DNA of 64,000 nucleotides from an uncultured Phycisphaeraceae bacterium (GTDB lineage Bacteria; Planctomycetota; Phycisphaerae; UBA1845): NCBI GenBank assembly GCA_964416845.1, contig CAYQFV010000002.1, positions 4,525 to 68,524 of the forward strand, read 5' to 3'. Shown piece by piece: positions 62,290 to 64,000 of this stretch (position 1 is its first letter; each line of letters starts with the position of its first letter). The notes under the pieces were generated by a model. It saw only the letters and a program-made list of their open reading frames with translations, ran no database searches and was not told where the DNA came from. The position numbers and the translations under genes were made by a program.

Positions 62290-62970
62290 GTGAGAATTCC
62301 GCGCGTACCCCACCGTTGGAACATCTCCGCCCGCGCTGCCATTGGAATCCAGAGATCGCTGTCGGCCGAACTCCGCGTGGTACGTGTGGATAAGCCGGTT
62401 CGATTGGTCGCCGGCTGTGACGCTGCCTTCAGCCGCAGCGGTGATCGCTGCATCGCCGGCGTTGTCGTCTGGGACGTCACAGCGCGCTGCGTGGTTGAGA
62501 CGAGCATCGCAACCGCGCCTTTGCGGTTCCCATACGTCCCTGGGTTGCTCTCGTTTCGCGAGGCACCCGCGCTTTTGAAAGCAATTCGGCGGTTGGTGTG
62601 CGAGCCGGACGCATTCATGTTCGACGGACACGGGTTGGCCCATCCACGTCGATTCGGTCTCGCGTGCCATGTCGGTGTGTTGATCGATCGCCCGTCCGTG
62701 GGCTGCGCGAAGAGCCGCCTCGTCGGAGACTATCACGAGCCGGACGAGCAGCAGGGCTCGCAGAGATTGCTACGCCACCGTGGAGAAACCGTCGGATACG
62801 TCGTGCGCACGCGGACGCGCGTCAAGCCTGTTTTCGTCAGCGTGGGACATCGCATCACCCTCCCGCAAGCCGTGCGCTTGGTCCTGCGCTGTGCGCAAGG
62901 CTACCGCCTGCCGGAGCCGACCCGGCTGGCCGACCAACTCGTCTCGCGGGCGAGGCGCGACGGCGTTTGA
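62290..62970 (+). CDS. nfi: Endonuclease V
   Basis: The GTG at 62290 lies inside the longer track ORF. LVAGCDAAF, PYVPGLLSFREAPALL, FDGHGLAHPRRFGLACHVGVL, VGCAKSRL and GYRLPEPTRLAD. Confidence 0.85.
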   Translation: MRIPRVPHRWNISARAAIGIQRSLSAELRVVRVDKPVRLVAGCDAAFSRSGDRCIAGVVVWDVTARCVVETSIATAPLRFPYVPGLLSFREAPALLKAIRRLVCEPDAFMFDGHGLAHPRRFGLACHVGVLIDRPSVGCAKSRLVGDYHEPDEQQGSQRLLRHRGETVGYVVRTRTRVKPVFVSVGHRITLPQAVRLVLRCAQGYRLPEPTRLADQLVSRARRDGV

Positions 62971-63036
62971 TGCGATACTGACGGCGCAGCCGAACCGCAT
63001 CGCACGAACCACGGGAGGCGTCGGGAATTGGAAAAC

Positions 63037-63108
63037 AGCCGACGGTGGGACTTGAACCCACAACCTCAGCTTTACGAAAGCTGTGCTCTACCGTTGAGCT
63101 ACGTCGGC
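63037..63108 (-). tRNA. tRNA-Thr (anticodon CGU)
   Basis: The reverse strand reads GCCGACG-TA-GCTC-AACGGTA-GAGC-A-CAGCT-TTCGTAA-AGCTG-AGGTT-GTGGG-TTCAAGT-CCCAC-CGTCGGC-T. This is a full 72-nt cloverleaf with a 7-bp acceptor stem and a TTC loop. The anticodon loop carries CGT. CCA is not encoded. Confidence 0.9.
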
Positions 63109-63319
63109 GACCTTGGTTGCGCCGTGCTGCGACAGATGATGCGCGTCAGCGGGCCGAAAATCAACCGCTGCGAATCGGAATCGACCAATTCTGCGCGAGG
63201 AATCACTTTTTTCGCCCCGTCGCCGGTGATCGTACGCGGGCATTTCGGTTGCGTCGACTCGGACGGCAGACTAGCGTAACGTCACGCCTCAACCTGCGGG
63301 CACCGGGCAACGCCACCTC

Positions 63320-63390
63320 GCGTGCCACTGCTCTTGAGCAGTGCCCAGGGGAGGTGGTGGTGGCGACACTGCTCTTGAGCAGTGGCACAC
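63320..63390. repeat. Palindromic REP/MITE-like element, family A (copy 2)
   Basis: GCGTGCCACTGCTCTTGAGCAGTGCC - CAGGGGAGGTGGTGGTGGCGA - CACTGCTCTTGAGCAGTGGCACAC. The arms match copy 1 at 20339-20412. The core is approximately the reverse complement of copy 1's core. Confidence 0.8.
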
Positions 63391-63460
63391 CCGCAAACTC
63401 AAGCGTGACCCCGCATTGGATTGACCGCGTCGACCTTACGAGAGAGATTCCACCACGTCC

Positions 63461-64000
63461 ATGCAAGAAGAATCCGCCGTCGTCGCGAACGAACCGATCC
63501 CCGCCCGAATGCCCAAAACGCGATACCAGGGCAGCAAGCGCAAGCTCGCCGGTTGGATCGGCGACTGCCTTTCGGGTGAGTCTTTCGACACCGTTCTCGA
63601 CGCGTTCGGCGGGACCGGAGCAGTCGCGTTTGAACTCAAGCGTCGCGGCAAGACGGTTACCTACAACGACATCCTCAAGTTTAACCACCAAATTGGCTTG
63701 GCGCTGGTTGAAAACGCAACCGAACGCCTGTCAGCCGGCGACATCGACACGATGGTTCAGCCGTCGCCGGACCGAGACTACGACAACACGATCGAACGCG
63801 TTTTTGGGGATATCTACTTCACGGACGCCGAGAATCGCTGGATCGACATCGTCGCGCAGAACATTCGTCGGCAAGGCCACCCCCTGCGACGAGCGATCGG
63901 TTTCTACGCGTTGTTTCAGGCGTCGTTGATCAAGCGCCCGTACAATCTGTTCCATCGTCGCAACTTGTACATGCGCACCGCCAATGTCGCCCGATCATTC
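63461..64000 (+). CDS. DNA adenine methyltransferase (Dam/D12-class-like), N-terminal part (continues beyond window end)
   Basis: Absent from the ORF track because it has no stop in the window. The ATG at 63461 opens a frame that stays open for 180 codons to position 64000. MQEESAVVANEPIPARMPKTRYQGSKRKLAGWIGDCL...FDTVLDAFGGTGAVAFELKRRG shows the RYxGSKRKL and FxGxG SAM motifs of N6-adenine MTases. An alternative start is the ATG at 63509. Confidence 0.7.
   Translation, partial: MQEESAVVANEPIPARMPKTRYQGSKRKLAGWIGDCLSGESFDTVLDAFGGTGAVAFELKRRGKTVTYNDILKFNHQIGLALVENATERLSAGDIDTMVQPSPDRDYDNTIERVFGDIYFTDAENRWIDIVAQNIRRQGHPLRRAIGFYALFQASLIKRPYNLFHRRNLYMRTANVARSF

Noticed and set aside
63037-63108. 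tRNA-Thr as the attachment site of an island containing the Dam-like gene
   Set aside because: It is not rejected outright, but it is weakened. The tRNA 3' end points away from the methyltransferase, and no integrase or direct repeat of the tRNA 3' end is visible within the window.
63045-63929. 294-aa plus-strand ORF
   Set aside because: It starts inside the tRNA-Thr gene, runs through the family-A repeat, and is out of frame with the Dam-like gene, whose RYQGSKRKL/FGGTG motifs are clear. It is spurious.

Overview
This is a high-GC bacterial chromosome segment. Gene content and repeat style suggest Planctomycetota, which is an inference only. Most of the window is housekeeping: class-I aminotransferase, EF-G paralogue, lpxK, rnhA, kbl, queD, arcA, efp, dapA, pdxJ, clpS, mutM, uvrB, nadC, tsaD, larB, nnr, nfi and one tRNA-Thr. 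The left edge carries part of a Tad/Flp pilus operon (flp, cpaA, tadE, cpaB, tadG-like). Six stretches seem most worth follow-up. (1) An islet at about 21.1-22.7 kb is visibly more A/T-rich and encodes two tandem paralogous small exported proteins. They share a six-Cys C-terminal module ending ECNC[VL] that I do not recognise, and sit behind a TTGACA box followed directly by a G11 homopolymer. (2) A three-gene metal module at 42.0-43.3 kb is translationally coupled. It has a MerR-type long-spacer promoter, a CadR/PbrR-like regulator, a small exported protein with a duplicated DCPG-x-VCP-x-TGKL-x-C-x-D-x-C repeat, and a MerC-like membrane protein. (3) A 951-aa lipoprotein combines 11 CxxCH heme motifs with a C-terminal LVIVD-repeat domain. 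(4) A Memo-family (AmmeMemoRadiSam B) protein carries an N-terminal PqqD/RRE-like domain. (5) A 64-aa Lys/Ala tandem-repeat histone-H1-like protein has strong expression signals. (6) An ECF sigma factor is followed by a protein that fuses an anti-sigma-like head to a degenerate prepilin/DUF1559-like body. Several families of nested palindromic (REP/MITE-like) elements fill intergenic gaps. I saw no rRNA, CRISPR array, or intact transposase or integrase. Many long ORFs in the supplied track are antisense shadows typical of high-GC DNA and are not called. All homology statements come from reading motifs by eye; no searches were run.
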